Positions 1-8,775 of a stretch of DNA of 64,000 bases are shown here, in pieces. The DNA lies in contig JBCBZT010000019.1 in assembly GCA_039815185.1 (NCBI GenBank), forward strand, positions 64,859 to 128,858. Reading direction: 5' to 3'. The translations under genes and the position numbers were made by a program. This DNA comes from Cyanobacteria bacterium P01_A01_bin.123 (lineage in GTDB: Bacteria > Cyanobacteriota > Cyanobacteriia > Phormidesmidales > Phormidesmidaceae). Within the stretch, counting starts at the first letter, position 1. Each line of letters opens with the position of its first letter. The notes beneath the pieces were generated by a model, which was given only the letters and a program-made list of their open reading frames with translations, searched no databases and had not been told where the DNA came from.

Positions 1-700
1 GGTTGAGGTGTCTGGGGTGAACTCCCGTCAAAGCTTGAATACCAATCATGCCAACCGCGTACACATCGCTACTAAAGCGGGGATTTCCACCCAGTTGCTC
101 ATTCGGCATGTAGCCTTGGGTACCAATTGAAACCGTTAGATTAGTCTGACCCGTCTGAGGACTGAGGAATTGAGTATTGACTTGCTTGACCGCACCAAAG
201 TCAATCAAAACGATGCGGCCATCTTTATGGCGGCAAAGTAAGTTGGCAGGCTTAATGTCGCGGTGAATCACATCCTTGTGATGCACAAAAGCCAATACCT
301 GCAAAATATCTTGCAGCAGAGCAATGACCCGTCCTTGCGGCCAAGGGTCGCCATCAACTAAAACCCGATTTAGGGGTTCGCTGTCAATATATTCCTGGGC
401 CAGGTAAAACTCTTGATTATCTTCAAAGTGGGCCATTAGGCGAGGAATTTGGTCGTGATTGCCTAAGGCATAGAGCACCTCTGCCTCTGTATCAAAGAGG
501 CGTCGGGCTGTTTTCAAGCTAGCCGCATCACTCACTTGTGGGTCAAGTTGTTTAATCACACAGACCGGATGCCCCGGTAGATGAAGATCTTGTGCCAAAA
601 AAGTTTGACCAAATCCCCCCTTCCCTAGCTGTTGAATCACTTGATATCGTCCACCGAGGGGGGGATTTGACGATTGTGACTTTTTTAGAAAGTTCAACAT
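1..700 (-). CDS. Ser/Thr protein kinase (Hanks-type), runs off the window's left edge
   Basis: Not in the ORF track. Manual translation from ATG at 700: MLNFLKKSQSSNPPLGGRYQVIQQLGKGGFGQTFLA..., with later HRDIKPANLL, DFGAVK and GTQGYMPNEQ kinase motifs. Confidence 0.93.
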   Translation of the reverse strand, partial: MLNFLKKSQSSNPPLGGRYQVIQQLGKGGFGQTFLAQDLHLPGHPVCVIKQLDPQVSDAASLKTARRLFDTEAEVLYALGNHDQIPRLMAHFEDNQEFYLAQEYIDSEPLNRVLVDGDPWPQGRVIALLQDILQVLAFVHHKDVIHRDIKPANLLCRHKDGRIVLIDFGAVKQVNTQFLSPQTGQTNLTVSIGTQGYMPNEQLGGNPRFSSDVYAVGMIGIQALTGVHPRHLN

Positions 701-872
701 GCCTCAACCTGCTTGGGAGAAGGACTCATGATGCCAATCAAAAACGTTTGTGCAGATGCCCTAAACCTCTTCCGCATACAGCTCTCTAGCTCTTCTGAGC
801 TAAAAGCCCAAGCGTTTTTCCTGAAGCTCAAAACTCAAAATTTCAGATTCAGATGTCGTCTTTAGATGTGGT

Positions 873-1217
873 CTAATCATCATCGTCATCGTCATCGTCA
901 TCAGAACGAGATGCCGATCTTGCTTCGCTGGGTTGCGGATTAGGTTTAGCCCCAGTTTCAAGATTTTGATTTGTATCCCAACCATCACTGGCAGAATTTC
1001 CCTGATTTGAGTATTGCCCAACTTGAGGTTCACGCCCTGGCTCATCGGGCAAAATTTCTGGCAGATCAGAAATTGAGATGGCTTGAGCTACGCTGATGGC
1101 ATCTGCAGTTTGGGGCAACTGAACTTGAGGTGGGTGCTGACCCAGGATGACCAGCCCTAATATGGCTAACGCGGTTTGGAGAGTGCCTGGGGCAGTTGGT
1201 CCTGATTGAGATTCCAT
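873..1217 (-). CDS. Hypothetical low-complexity protein with short hydrophobic N-terminal segment and poly-Asp tail
   Basis: 114-aa ORF co-oriented between the MscS and kinase genes; ends SRSDDDDDDDDD. Confidence 0.55.
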   Translation of the reverse strand: MESQSGPTAPGTLQTALAILGLVILGQHPPQVQLPQTADAISVAQAISISDLPEILPDEPGREPQVGQYSNQGNSASDGWDTNQNLETGAKPNPQPSEARSASRSDDDDDDDDD

Positions 1218-1291
1218 GCTGCTCTAAATCTCACGGTTAATTAATCCCAGAGACGGCGACCTTTAGGCGATGTTCCAAGACAGTCTTCTAT

Positions 1292-3379
1292 CTAATTTGC
1301 TTCTTCATCTAAGGTTACACGCTCTGAAATTGAAAGTTGTCCTTCGCCTAACCCAGAAGGATGCTCTCGGTAGAACTGATAGCAATAATCGCTATCCTCA
1401 AAGTCCTGTGTCTCTATTACCCCGTGGATGAGTCCTTTTTGCAGCAGCCATTGACCAACGAGGATAGCCCCCTCCCGCGTATAGTCTCGCTGTTGCATCA
1501 GCCAAGCTACGGCTGCTGAGCCGGTAAAGCAGGTGGGCGCTGGGTCAGATTGATCATCATCATGCTCGGAGACTGGCTCGCCCAGATCAGTGCGCATTTC
1601 TACCCCTCGTCCCCCCTGCATTGCTTCAGTCAGCGCTTCTAAATCAAGATTTGACCATAAACCAGTGGCTGGGGATAGGGTTTGTTTTTGTACTTCGGTG
1701 GGTTGCGTGAGCGGAACAGGTGTTGACGGATGGGATGGCTCAGGGGATGAGGGGCGGGCTGGAACAGTTGATATTCCAGGTACTCGCTGCTTTAAAAGAC
1801 CCACAAGCTCATCTAATTGGGGCGATCGCAAATGTAAATCCCGTTGGGGAAAGGGAATCTCAATGCCATGATGGCGGAGGCTGGTCTCAATTTCATAGTT
1901 CAAATCGCTCCTAACGCGAAATTGCTTGCGCGGCTCCCCAGTCCAGACCATCACTTCAAAATTGAGGGCACTTTCTCCAAAACCCTGAAACCAGACCTCT
2001 GGTTTAGGACGTAGCAAGACTTCGGGATGCCGCTTGATCGCCTCTAGCAGGGCTGTTTTAACCCGTGCAATATCAGAGCCATAGGCCACGCCAACGGGAA
2101 CTCGCAAACGAGATACTGGATTACCGTGGCTCCAGTTAATCACTTCACTCTCCAAAAAACGAGAATTGGGAATGATGATGGTGACCTGATCGAGGGTGCG
2201 AATTTCCGTGCTGCGGGCGCCGACTCGGGCAACGGTGCCCACTAAGTCCCCGACATTGACAAAATCCCCAACTTGAATCGGTCGTTCGAGCGTAATGATA
2301 AAGCCGCTGATAAAGTTGTTGGTAATATTCTGCACCCCAAACCCAATTCCCACCCCTAGCACGCTGGCAACAATGGCCAATGAGCTGGCATCAATGCCCC
2401 AGATTTGCAGCAGGACAATCGCCCCTAAAAAGATCAGGGCGTACTGGATTAAAACGCTGAGAATATCTTGAATCCGCTGATCTAGTCTGGCTCGACTCAG
2501 GACATATCGCCGAAAGAATTGCGCGATCGCTTGGGCAACAAACCACAGCCCAACAGTCAGGCCCAGCAAAAGCAACAGTTCTAGAGCAGAATATTGACCC
2601 CGCCCCAAATCGATAATGTCGGCGGTGAGAAAGTTGAAAATGGTGTAGCGCCAACTGCGGGCCTGGGGAAAAATATCCGTGATGTAAAGAACAACAATCA
2701 GCCACAGCCCAACGTTGAACCCTAGCAAGGCAAGTTGCCAGAACAGTTTGAGCGGTTTTTCCCATGTGGTGGATGGGTTAGTGGTGTATTCAAACCATCG
2801 GTTCAGATATCGAGTCCCGAAACGCCCCCCAACCCGAAGCATGAGGTGAATCGCGATCGCGCCCCCCAGCAGAATTAAGCTATAGAGCGTTGCTTGACGG
2901 AGATAGTCCGGGCTTCGTTCGAGCTGTCCCCGGCGTAGCGCTTGCTCAAGGTCTTCGGCCCAAAGTCGTGCCTGCCGATTGGGCTGACGTCCAGGCGTAA
3001 GCACATCGGCTTGGGTAATGGTAACCAGAATCTCTTCACTATGCTGACTCTGGAGATAGACCAGATTATCGGTTTGAACAGCCTCAATCACGGCCAGATC
3101 AGGTCTTCGCACCTCCTGCCTGAGCTCAGCATTAATCGTGTAGGCTCGTTCAGTTGCGGTGAGCTCGTCGATGCCTCTGACCTTGAAGACCACCCGACCA
3201 TCCACTACGATCGGTGCCTCGCCACCAGAATTGAGCGGCGTAAGCTGGGCTTGGGCAGATTGAGACCATACCCCCCAGACCAACACCAACAGCAATAAGC
3301 CCAACCCAACCCATTGCCATAGCTTGCGTAGCGGGGGTCTAACCCTAAATCGTCGTTGTGATAGTCTCAACTGCCCCAA
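1292..3379 (-). CDS. MscS-family mechanosensitive channel with C-terminal DEP domain
   Basis: GVGIGFGVQNITNNFISG...ERPIQVGD...IPNS MscS core; C-terminal CFTGSAAVAWL...REGAILVGQWLLQKGLIHGV...FEDSDYCYQFY resembles DEP; start codon (TTG) uncertain. Confidence 0.9.
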   Translation of the reverse strand: MGQLRLSQRRFRVRPPLRKLWQWVGLGLLLLVLVWGVWSQSAQAQLTPLNSGGEAPIVVDGRVVFKVRGIDELTATERAYTINAELRQEVRRPDLAVIEAVQTDNLVYLQSQHSEEILVTITQADVLTPGRQPNRQARLWAEDLEQALRRGQLERSPDYLRQATLYSLILLGGAIAIHLMLRVGGRFGTRYLNRWFEYTTNPSTTWEKPLKLFWQLALLGFNVGLWLIVVLYITDIFPQARSWRYTIFNFLTADIIDLGRGQYSALELLLLLGLTVGLWFVAQAIAQFFRRYVLSRARLDQRIQDILSVLIQYALIFLGAIVLLQIWGIDASSLAIVASVLGVGIGFGVQNITNNFISGFIITLERPIQVGDFVNVGDLVGTVARVGARSTEIRTLDQVTIIIPNSRFLESEVINWSHGNPVSRLRVPVGVAYGSDIARVKTALLEAIKRHPEVLLRPKPEVWFQGFGESALNFEVMVWTGEPRKQFRVRSDLNYEIETSLRHHGIEIPFPQRDLHLRSPQLDELVGLLKQRVPGISTVPARPSSPEPSHPSTPVPLTQPTEVQKQTLSPATGLWSNLDLEALTEAMQGGRGVEMRTDLGEPVSEHDDDQSDPAPTCFTGSAAVAWLMQQRDYTREGAILVGQWLLQKGLIHGVIETQDFEDSDYCYQFYREHPSGLGEGQLSISERVTLDEEAN

Positions 3380-3947
3380 CCCCTATGCCAGAGATGTCTA
3401 AAGACGATTCTGAAGATGCCGGATCAAGGGTGGGCCGAGCTTGATTGAGCAATGTTCGTGCGGCTACCCAGATGCCCACGCCGATTAGCAATAGGATGAC
3501 ACCCCCCACTAACCAGATCAAGATAGCACTGGGATTTGCCTCCCCTTCAGCTTTAACAAGGTGGCTGTGATCACGATTTAATTCTGTGGTGATGGTATCG
3601 CCCTCGTTCACAATGGCTGCCGTAATTTTGAACGGGCCAATTCTGAGCGTATCTTTCGGGGTGAAAACTTGTCCATCTTGTCGAACCAGTCGACCATTGA
3701 GGAACGTGCCATTAGCACTTTTGTCGGCGACATGAAGTTGTCGATTGACGATGTTAATAAAGGCATGGTGCCGAGAAACCTGCTTATGATCCAATTCCAA
3801 ATGAGATACGGTTTGGGATCCCCATTGTGTCGGCATTTTGGCCGCCTCCCGGCCGATGGCAATGGGGACTTGCAGTGAGGAATAATGGGATTTTCCCGTG
3901 ATGGGATCTTCCCAGTTGAGTTGGACAACAACGGGCCCACCTGACAT
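3345..3947 (-). CDS. FHA domain protein with C-terminal transmembrane helix
   Basis: IAIGR...VSRHHA...SANGTFLNG FHA motifs; hydrophobic ILIWLVGGVILLLIGVGIWVAA. Confidence 0.9.
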   Translation of the reverse strand: MSGGPVVVQLNWEDPITGKSHYSSLQVPIAIGREAAKMPTQWGSQTVSHLELDHKQVSRHHAFINIVNRQLHVADKSANGTFLNGRLVRQDGQVFTPKDTLRIGPFKITAAIVNEGDTITTELNRDHSHLVKAEGEANPSAILIWLVGGVILLLIGVGIWVAARTLLNQARPTLDPASSESSLDISGIGVGAVETITTTI

Positions 3948-3998
3948 AGGGACTCCTACTAAACTCGTCTACATCCAAATGCCTAGCGCTTCTAAGCT

Positions 3999-4100
3999 TA
4001 TAACAGTAGCTAAAGCTTTGTAGCTACTGCGAGCCAGATTGCTTGTATACTGAGCATCTCAGCGGTGCTCGGTGCGTTAAGCAATCTGGCCAGCGCTATA
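3999..4100 (+). mobile_element. ~102-bp double-hairpin dispersed repeat (MITE/REP-like), copy 1, most diverged
   Basis: TATAACAGTAGC...GCCAGATTGCTT...AAGCAATCTGGCCAGCGCTATA, homologous to copies at 17928, 24939 and 61325. Confidence 0.85.
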
Positions 4101-4250
4101 AAACTCAAGCTTTCAAATTGGATGTGGTTTACAACCGAACACAGGAACGCTTCATTCAGACTTTAACCCAACCGTTGTCGAAATCGCTAAGCTGGCTTGC
4201 GGTGTTACGAGCTTGAACCCCATGGAACTACTGTCCAAGACAACGGATCG

Positions 4251-5384
4251 TTAGTTGCGAACAATGGGTAGGGCTAGCTTTACCACTGTCTGTTGTTGAT
4301 AGACGCTCGTAATCGAGAAGCGTCCTCCGGCGAGTTCAACAATTTTCTCGACAAGTTTTAAGCCCATGCCCGCCCCCTGCTGCTCATAGGTCTTACGCTC
4401 AAATTGCATAAAGGCACCAATTTTAGCAATTTGCTCTGTTGTCATGCCCCGCCCTAAGTCATGGATCGAGACCGTCAGCATTTCTCCCACAACTTGACTA
4501 CTCACCTTGATGGGGGTCTGCGGGGGAGAAAATTTCAGGGCATTATCAATTAACTCGTAGAGAACGACTGAGAGATAGCGTTTGGATATGGACACTTCGG
4601 CAGTTTCAATATCGAAGCGCAGGTCACTGCCACGGTTGACGCTTTGAGCATGGGCTCTTAAGTCAGCTGCCAGCGCAGCACTTAAAAATTCAGTCTGGGC
4701 CGCTGCAATGGGTTGCTGTCGACTGTCGGCTAGTTCTAATTCTAAATAAACGAGGAATTTTTTCGTTAAGCTGTCCAATCGATGGGCAGATAGATCAGCC
4801 AAAGCTAACATCTCATGGATTTCGGCAGTATCCATGTCTTCGAGATTCGCCTTGAGCAGCCCAAGCACACCCAAAATACCATTGAGGGGTGTATTCAGTT
4901 CATGGGCCAGCTTAGAGGCGACGTTACCATTTAGTTCGTTCAGAGTGCCTTCCAAGACTGTGATCGTTTCTTTTCGGAGGTGGGACAGGCTTTGAATGTA
5001 GTCATATTGTTGTTTGATCCGGAGCATTGAATGCATCCGGGCCCGCAGCTCAACTGCACTAACGGGCTTACTAATGAAGTCGTCTGCGCCGGTGGTCAGG
5101 CAATGGGCGAGATCTGCTTTAGCACTGAGTGCGGTTACCATAATGATCGGAACAGCTTGCCACTTTGGCATAGCTTTGATCTGCCGACAAACTTCGATGC
5201 CATCTATGCCAGGCATCATCACATCCAACAAAATGAGATCGGGCTGAAAGGTTTCGAGAGCATCAATTGCCTCTTGTCCATTGGCTGAGTAATGCAACTG
5301 ATATGCTTGGGTGCTCAATAGGGTTTCAATCACATCAAAGTTATCAGGTTCGTCGTCAACGATTAATATGGATGGGTTTTTCAT
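4251..5384 (-). CDS. Hybrid response regulator-histidine kinase (REC-HisKA-HATPase)
   Basis: ILIVDD...DLILLDVMMP...KP receiver; AHELNTPL H-box; DNALKFS and GMGL boxes. Confidence 0.93.
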   Translation of the reverse strand: MKNPSILIVDDEPDNFDVIETLLSTQAYQLHYSANGQEAIDALETFQPDLILLDVMMPGIDGIEVCRQIKAMPKWQAVPIIMVTALSAKADLAHCLTTGADDFISKPVSAVELRARMHSMLRIKQQYDYIQSLSHLRKETITVLEGTLNELNGNVASKLAHELNTPLNGILGVLGLLKANLEDMDTAEIHEMLALADLSAHRLDSLTKKFLVYLELELADSRQQPIAAAQTEFLSAALAADLRAHAQSVNRGSDLRFDIETAEVSISKRYLSVVLYELIDNALKFSPPQTPIKVSSQVVGEMLTVSIHDLGRGMTTEQIAKIGAFMQFERKTYEQQGAGMGLKLVEKIVELAGGRFSITSVYQQQTVVKLALPIVRN

Positions 5385-5387
5385 CGG

Positions 5388-8300
5388 TTATTTTGATGGT
5401 GAATATAGAAACTGCTGAATAGTATTGACCAATTTTCTCAACTTGACAGGTTTGCTGAGATAATCATTAGCTCCGGCAGCGAGGCAACGATCGCGATCGC
5501 TCGTCATAGCTGGCGCAGTGAGCGCGATGATGGGCACATTGGCTAAGGTTGAATTGCAGCGAATTCGATGGATGGTTTCCAGCCCATCTATGCCCGGTAT
5601 TTGAATATCCATCACAATCAAATCAGGGATTTTAGCCTGGGCTACGGTGATTGCCTCCGCTCCATTTTTGGCCAAAAGAATGCGATAGCCTTTGGCTCGC
5701 AGGTAGCTTGAAACCGTATTGATATAGGCTGCGTTATCTTCGATCAGCAAAATGGAGGGGGATGCTATGGGGGCGAGTTGACTCGGTTCGAGACTGGATT
5801 CACCTTGGGGAAATGATTCAAGGGTGGATAGGGGGATGTCTTCACAGGGCAGATCAATCGTAAAATGGCTACCGCCCCCTACTTGACTGGTTAGGCCGAC
5901 CTGACCGCCATGGCATTCGACAATACGTTTGACTAGAGCAAGTCCCAAGCCTGTCCCCTCATAGTTCCGATTTAAGGCGCTATCGATTTGGATAAAGGGC
6001 TGAAAAAGTTTGTTGATATCGTCTGGGGCAATGCCAATGCCGGTATCAATGACAGCGATTCGCAGGTAGTTTTGGGATAGGGAATCAGCAGCATCTGAGT
6101 TAGCTGAGGGCTGGGGGCGGCTGACTGCTAGTGTGATGCGTCCCCCCTCGGGCGTAAATTTAACTGCATTATTGAGGAGGTTGATCAATACCTGGATAAT
6201 GCGGCGTTCATCCACCCACAAATCGGGCAGATGAGGTGGTAGTTCAGTCTCAACCCGGATACGTTTTTTCAGGGCTTGTCGGGTAATAAACGCCAGACCA
6301 GATTGACAAAGGGAAGCGACGTCTGTGGCGGTACGGTTTAAATCCATCTGCCCTGATTCAATTTTGGCGACATCAAGAATGTCATTAATCAGCGCTAACA
6401 GATGGGAGCCACTGTGTTTAATGGCTTGTAGGGCTTTGTGTTGATCGGTATTAAGGTCACCAAAGATAGCCTCTTGTAACCCCTCAGTCATACCCAAGAT
6501 GGTGTTGAGCGGGGTCCGGAGTTCATGGCTCATATTAGCCAGAAATTCATCCTTAAGACGGGTGGCGCGGGCGAGTTCTTCGTTGGTGATGGCCAATTGT
6601 TGGTTGCGTTCGGTGAGTTGTTGTTGGGTCTTGTGTCGTTCGGTAATATCGCGAAAAATGCCCTGAATAATTGACGTGTCTCCAATGTTGACGATTGTTG
6701 CGGTGATATCAACTCGTATAACCTGACCATCTTGACGCATAAGCCGAGCATTTAATGTTTGAGTCTGCGTACCAGCAACAACTTCCAAAAAAGTCGCATT
6801 GAAGCGCTCTAAATCTTCTGCTGTGCACAATTGAGATTGATTCATTTGGGTCAATTGTTCGCGAGAGTAGCCCAGTAATTCCTCCGCTTTACGATTCACT
6901 TCCAATAAATTACCCTGTAAATCTGCGACCAAAATGGCATCACTGGCTTTATCCCTCAGAGCCCGATAGCGGGCTTCTCGCTCTTGCAGGGCAGCTGTGC
7001 GTTCTGCCACTTTGGTTTCTAACCCTTGATTGAGCTGCTGGAGTTGTTTCTCAGCTTGTTTACGATCGCTAATGTCTGTAATCGTGCCTAAATAGCCGAT
7101 CAAGTGCCCATGGGTATTCCATTCGGCAATGAACTGCCCATAGACCCAGGTAACCACACCGTCAGCCCGTCGAAAGCGATATTCAAGCTGGAAGGGATGC
7201 CTTCCCTGGACAGATTGAGCCCATTCGGTGGCGACCGAGTCCCGATCATCTGGGTGCAGGCCTTGTTGCCACCCCTCTCCAACAGAAGAGTCTGGAGTCA
7301 GGCCAGTGATCTGACTCCAGCGCTCGTTAACATAGATGCACTGCCCTGAAGCATTGGTGCGAAAAATGCCCACGGGAGCCGCAGCCGCTAGAGACGCGTA
7401 GCGTTGTTCACTTTCTCGCAGGCGGGCTTCTGCTTGTCGGCGCTCGCTCAGTTCTAGCTGCAATTGCTCGTGGGTGATGGCTTGCTGGAGGGCGATCGCC
7501 AGTTGTAGTGATAGCGCTTGTAGCAGCTCTATTTCTGCGGGGTGCCAATTGCGAGCCTGCTGGCTCTCAGTTGCGTTGAGCAGACCCCATAATTCAGTGC
7601 CACACATGAGGGGCACCAAAATTTTGGATCGGGTCTGCAGGCGAATCAGCAACGCCCGATGATCGGCTGACAGCTCAACCGTATCAATATCTGGCACCAC
7701 CTGAATTCTGCCCTGGTGATAAATCTCAGTTGGTTCTTGCTTGAACCAAGCGTTGTCGATCCGTTCTCCAACTAGGGATACAGGTAAGTCAGTGGACTCT
7801 GCCACGACGATCGCATGCCAATCGGTTTCAAATCGCCATATATTGACGCGATCGCAGCCCAGCACGTGTCGTACCTGCGCCACTGTCGTCTCCAAAATGG
7901 TATGCAGGCTGAGGGAGGATCGGATTTGTGTGGACAGTTCTGTGAGTAATTTCTCCCGTTCCGCTCTAGCCTTAAGCTCGGCGGTTCGGACTTCCACCTG
8001 ATGCCTGAGTTCAACAGTTTGATTTTCCAGCAGGGTCACCTTCTCTGCCTCTAGGCGCCGTACCTTTTTTCCTAACCCCTGTGCCAAATCGTATAGACGA
8101 ACAGGGTCGAGGGCTTGTCGCAAACTGTCATAGGTCACCATTCCCAAGAGATGGTTTTGCTTGTCCAAGATAGGTAAGTGGTGAATCTGGTGGTGGTGTA
8201 AAAGGTCAATAGCCAACAATAAGTCGGTGAAGGTAGGCTCACGTAAGGTAATCACGGGATGCGTCATTACCTGGTGTATCGCCAAGCCATTGAGGGGGAT

Positions 8301-8603
8301 TTGTTGGACACCCAACTGGACTACATCTTGCTCGGTTAGAAGGCCAACCAACTGCTCGTCTTCAACCACCAATACACAACTTGATTGCGCTGCTAGGCAG
8401 CGGCTTGCCAATGGCTCCGCCGCTGTTGGGGAAGGGATAGGGTGGGGGTGAGCACCATTGGCAGACATGCAACCGGACAAACGCACCTCACTCATTTTGG
8501 CGATCGCAGCCATCACAGTTGTCTCCGGCGAAACGATCAAGGGTCTGCGAATAATTGCAGACTTCAACGAGATAGGGGCCAAAGCCGTGATGTGAGGGAA
8601 CAT
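5388..8603 (-). CDS. Hybrid sensor kinase CBS-GAF-PAS-PAS-HisKA-HATPase-REC
   Basis: CBS pair at N-terminus, GAF (DRVNIWRF...LWGLL), two PAS/PAC (HPDDR, DISDRK, DITERH), SHELRTPL, NAVKFT, GTGLGL, C-terminal receiver. Confidence 0.93.
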   Translation of the reverse strand: MFPHITALAPISLKSAIIRRPLIVSPETTVMAAIAKMSEVRLSGCMSANGAHPHPIPSPTAAEPLASRCLAAQSSCVLVVEDEQLVGLLTEQDVVQLGVQQIPLNGLAIHQVMTHPVITLREPTFTDLLLAIDLLHHHQIHHLPILDKQNHLLGMVTYDSLRQALDPVRLYDLAQGLGKKVRRLEAEKVTLLENQTVELRHQVEVRTAELKARAEREKLLTELSTQIRSSLSLHTILETTVAQVRHVLGCDRVNIWRFETDWHAIVVAESTDLPVSLVGERIDNAWFKQEPTEIYHQGRIQVVPDIDTVELSADHRALLIRLQTRSKILVPLMCGTELWGLLNATESQQARNWHPAEIELLQALSLQLAIALQQAITHEQLQLELSERRQAEARLRESEQRYASLAAAAPVGIFRTNASGQCIYVNERWSQITGLTPDSSVGEGWQQGLHPDDRDSVATEWAQSVQGRHPFQLEYRFRRADGVVTWVYGQFIAEWNTHGHLIGYLGTITDISDRKQAEKQLQQLNQGLETKVAERTAALQEREARYRALRDKASDAILVADLQGNLLEVNRKAEELLGYSREQLTQMNQSQLCTAEDLERFNATFLEVVAGTQTQTLNARLMRQDGQVIRVDITATIVNIGDTSIIQGIFRDITERHKTQQQLTERNQQLAITNEELARATRLKDEFLANMSHELRTPLNTILGMTEGLQEAIFGDLNTDQHKALQAIKHSGSHLLALINDILDVAKIESGQMDLNRTATDVASLCQSGLAFITRQALKKRIRVETELPPHLPDLWVDERRIIQVLINLLNNAVKFTPEGGRITLAVSRPQPSANSDAADSLSQNYLRIAVIDTGIGIAPDDINKLFQPFIQIDSALNRNYEGTGLGLALVKRIVECHGGQVGLTSQVGGGSHFTIDLPCEDIPLSTLESFPQGESSLEPSQLAPIASPSILLIEDNAAYINTVSSYLRAKGYRILLAKNGAEAITVAQAKIPDLIVMDIQIPGIDGLETIHRIRCNSTLANVPIIALTAPAMTSDRDRCLAAGANDYLSKPVKLRKLVNTIQQFLYSPSK

Positions 8604-8691
8604 GGCTTCACACTGATTTATATTGTTTGAATTCCCTGAATCAATCCAGAAATCACGTCAACTGCGAATGTCAATGCAACGGTATCTATAC

Positions 8692-8730
8692 AAAAGAGAA
8701 AAGGACGCATCATCTGCGTCCTTCTCCCTT
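8692..8730 (-). terminator. Probable intrinsic terminator of clpC
   Basis: AAGGACGCA-tcatc-TGCGTCCTT stem (8701-8723) followed on the minus strand by TTCTCTTTTG. Confidence 0.65.
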
Positions 8731-8775
8731 TCAAGAAAGTTAGATTAGCTACTAAAGGGGGCGTGCCCTTTTACC

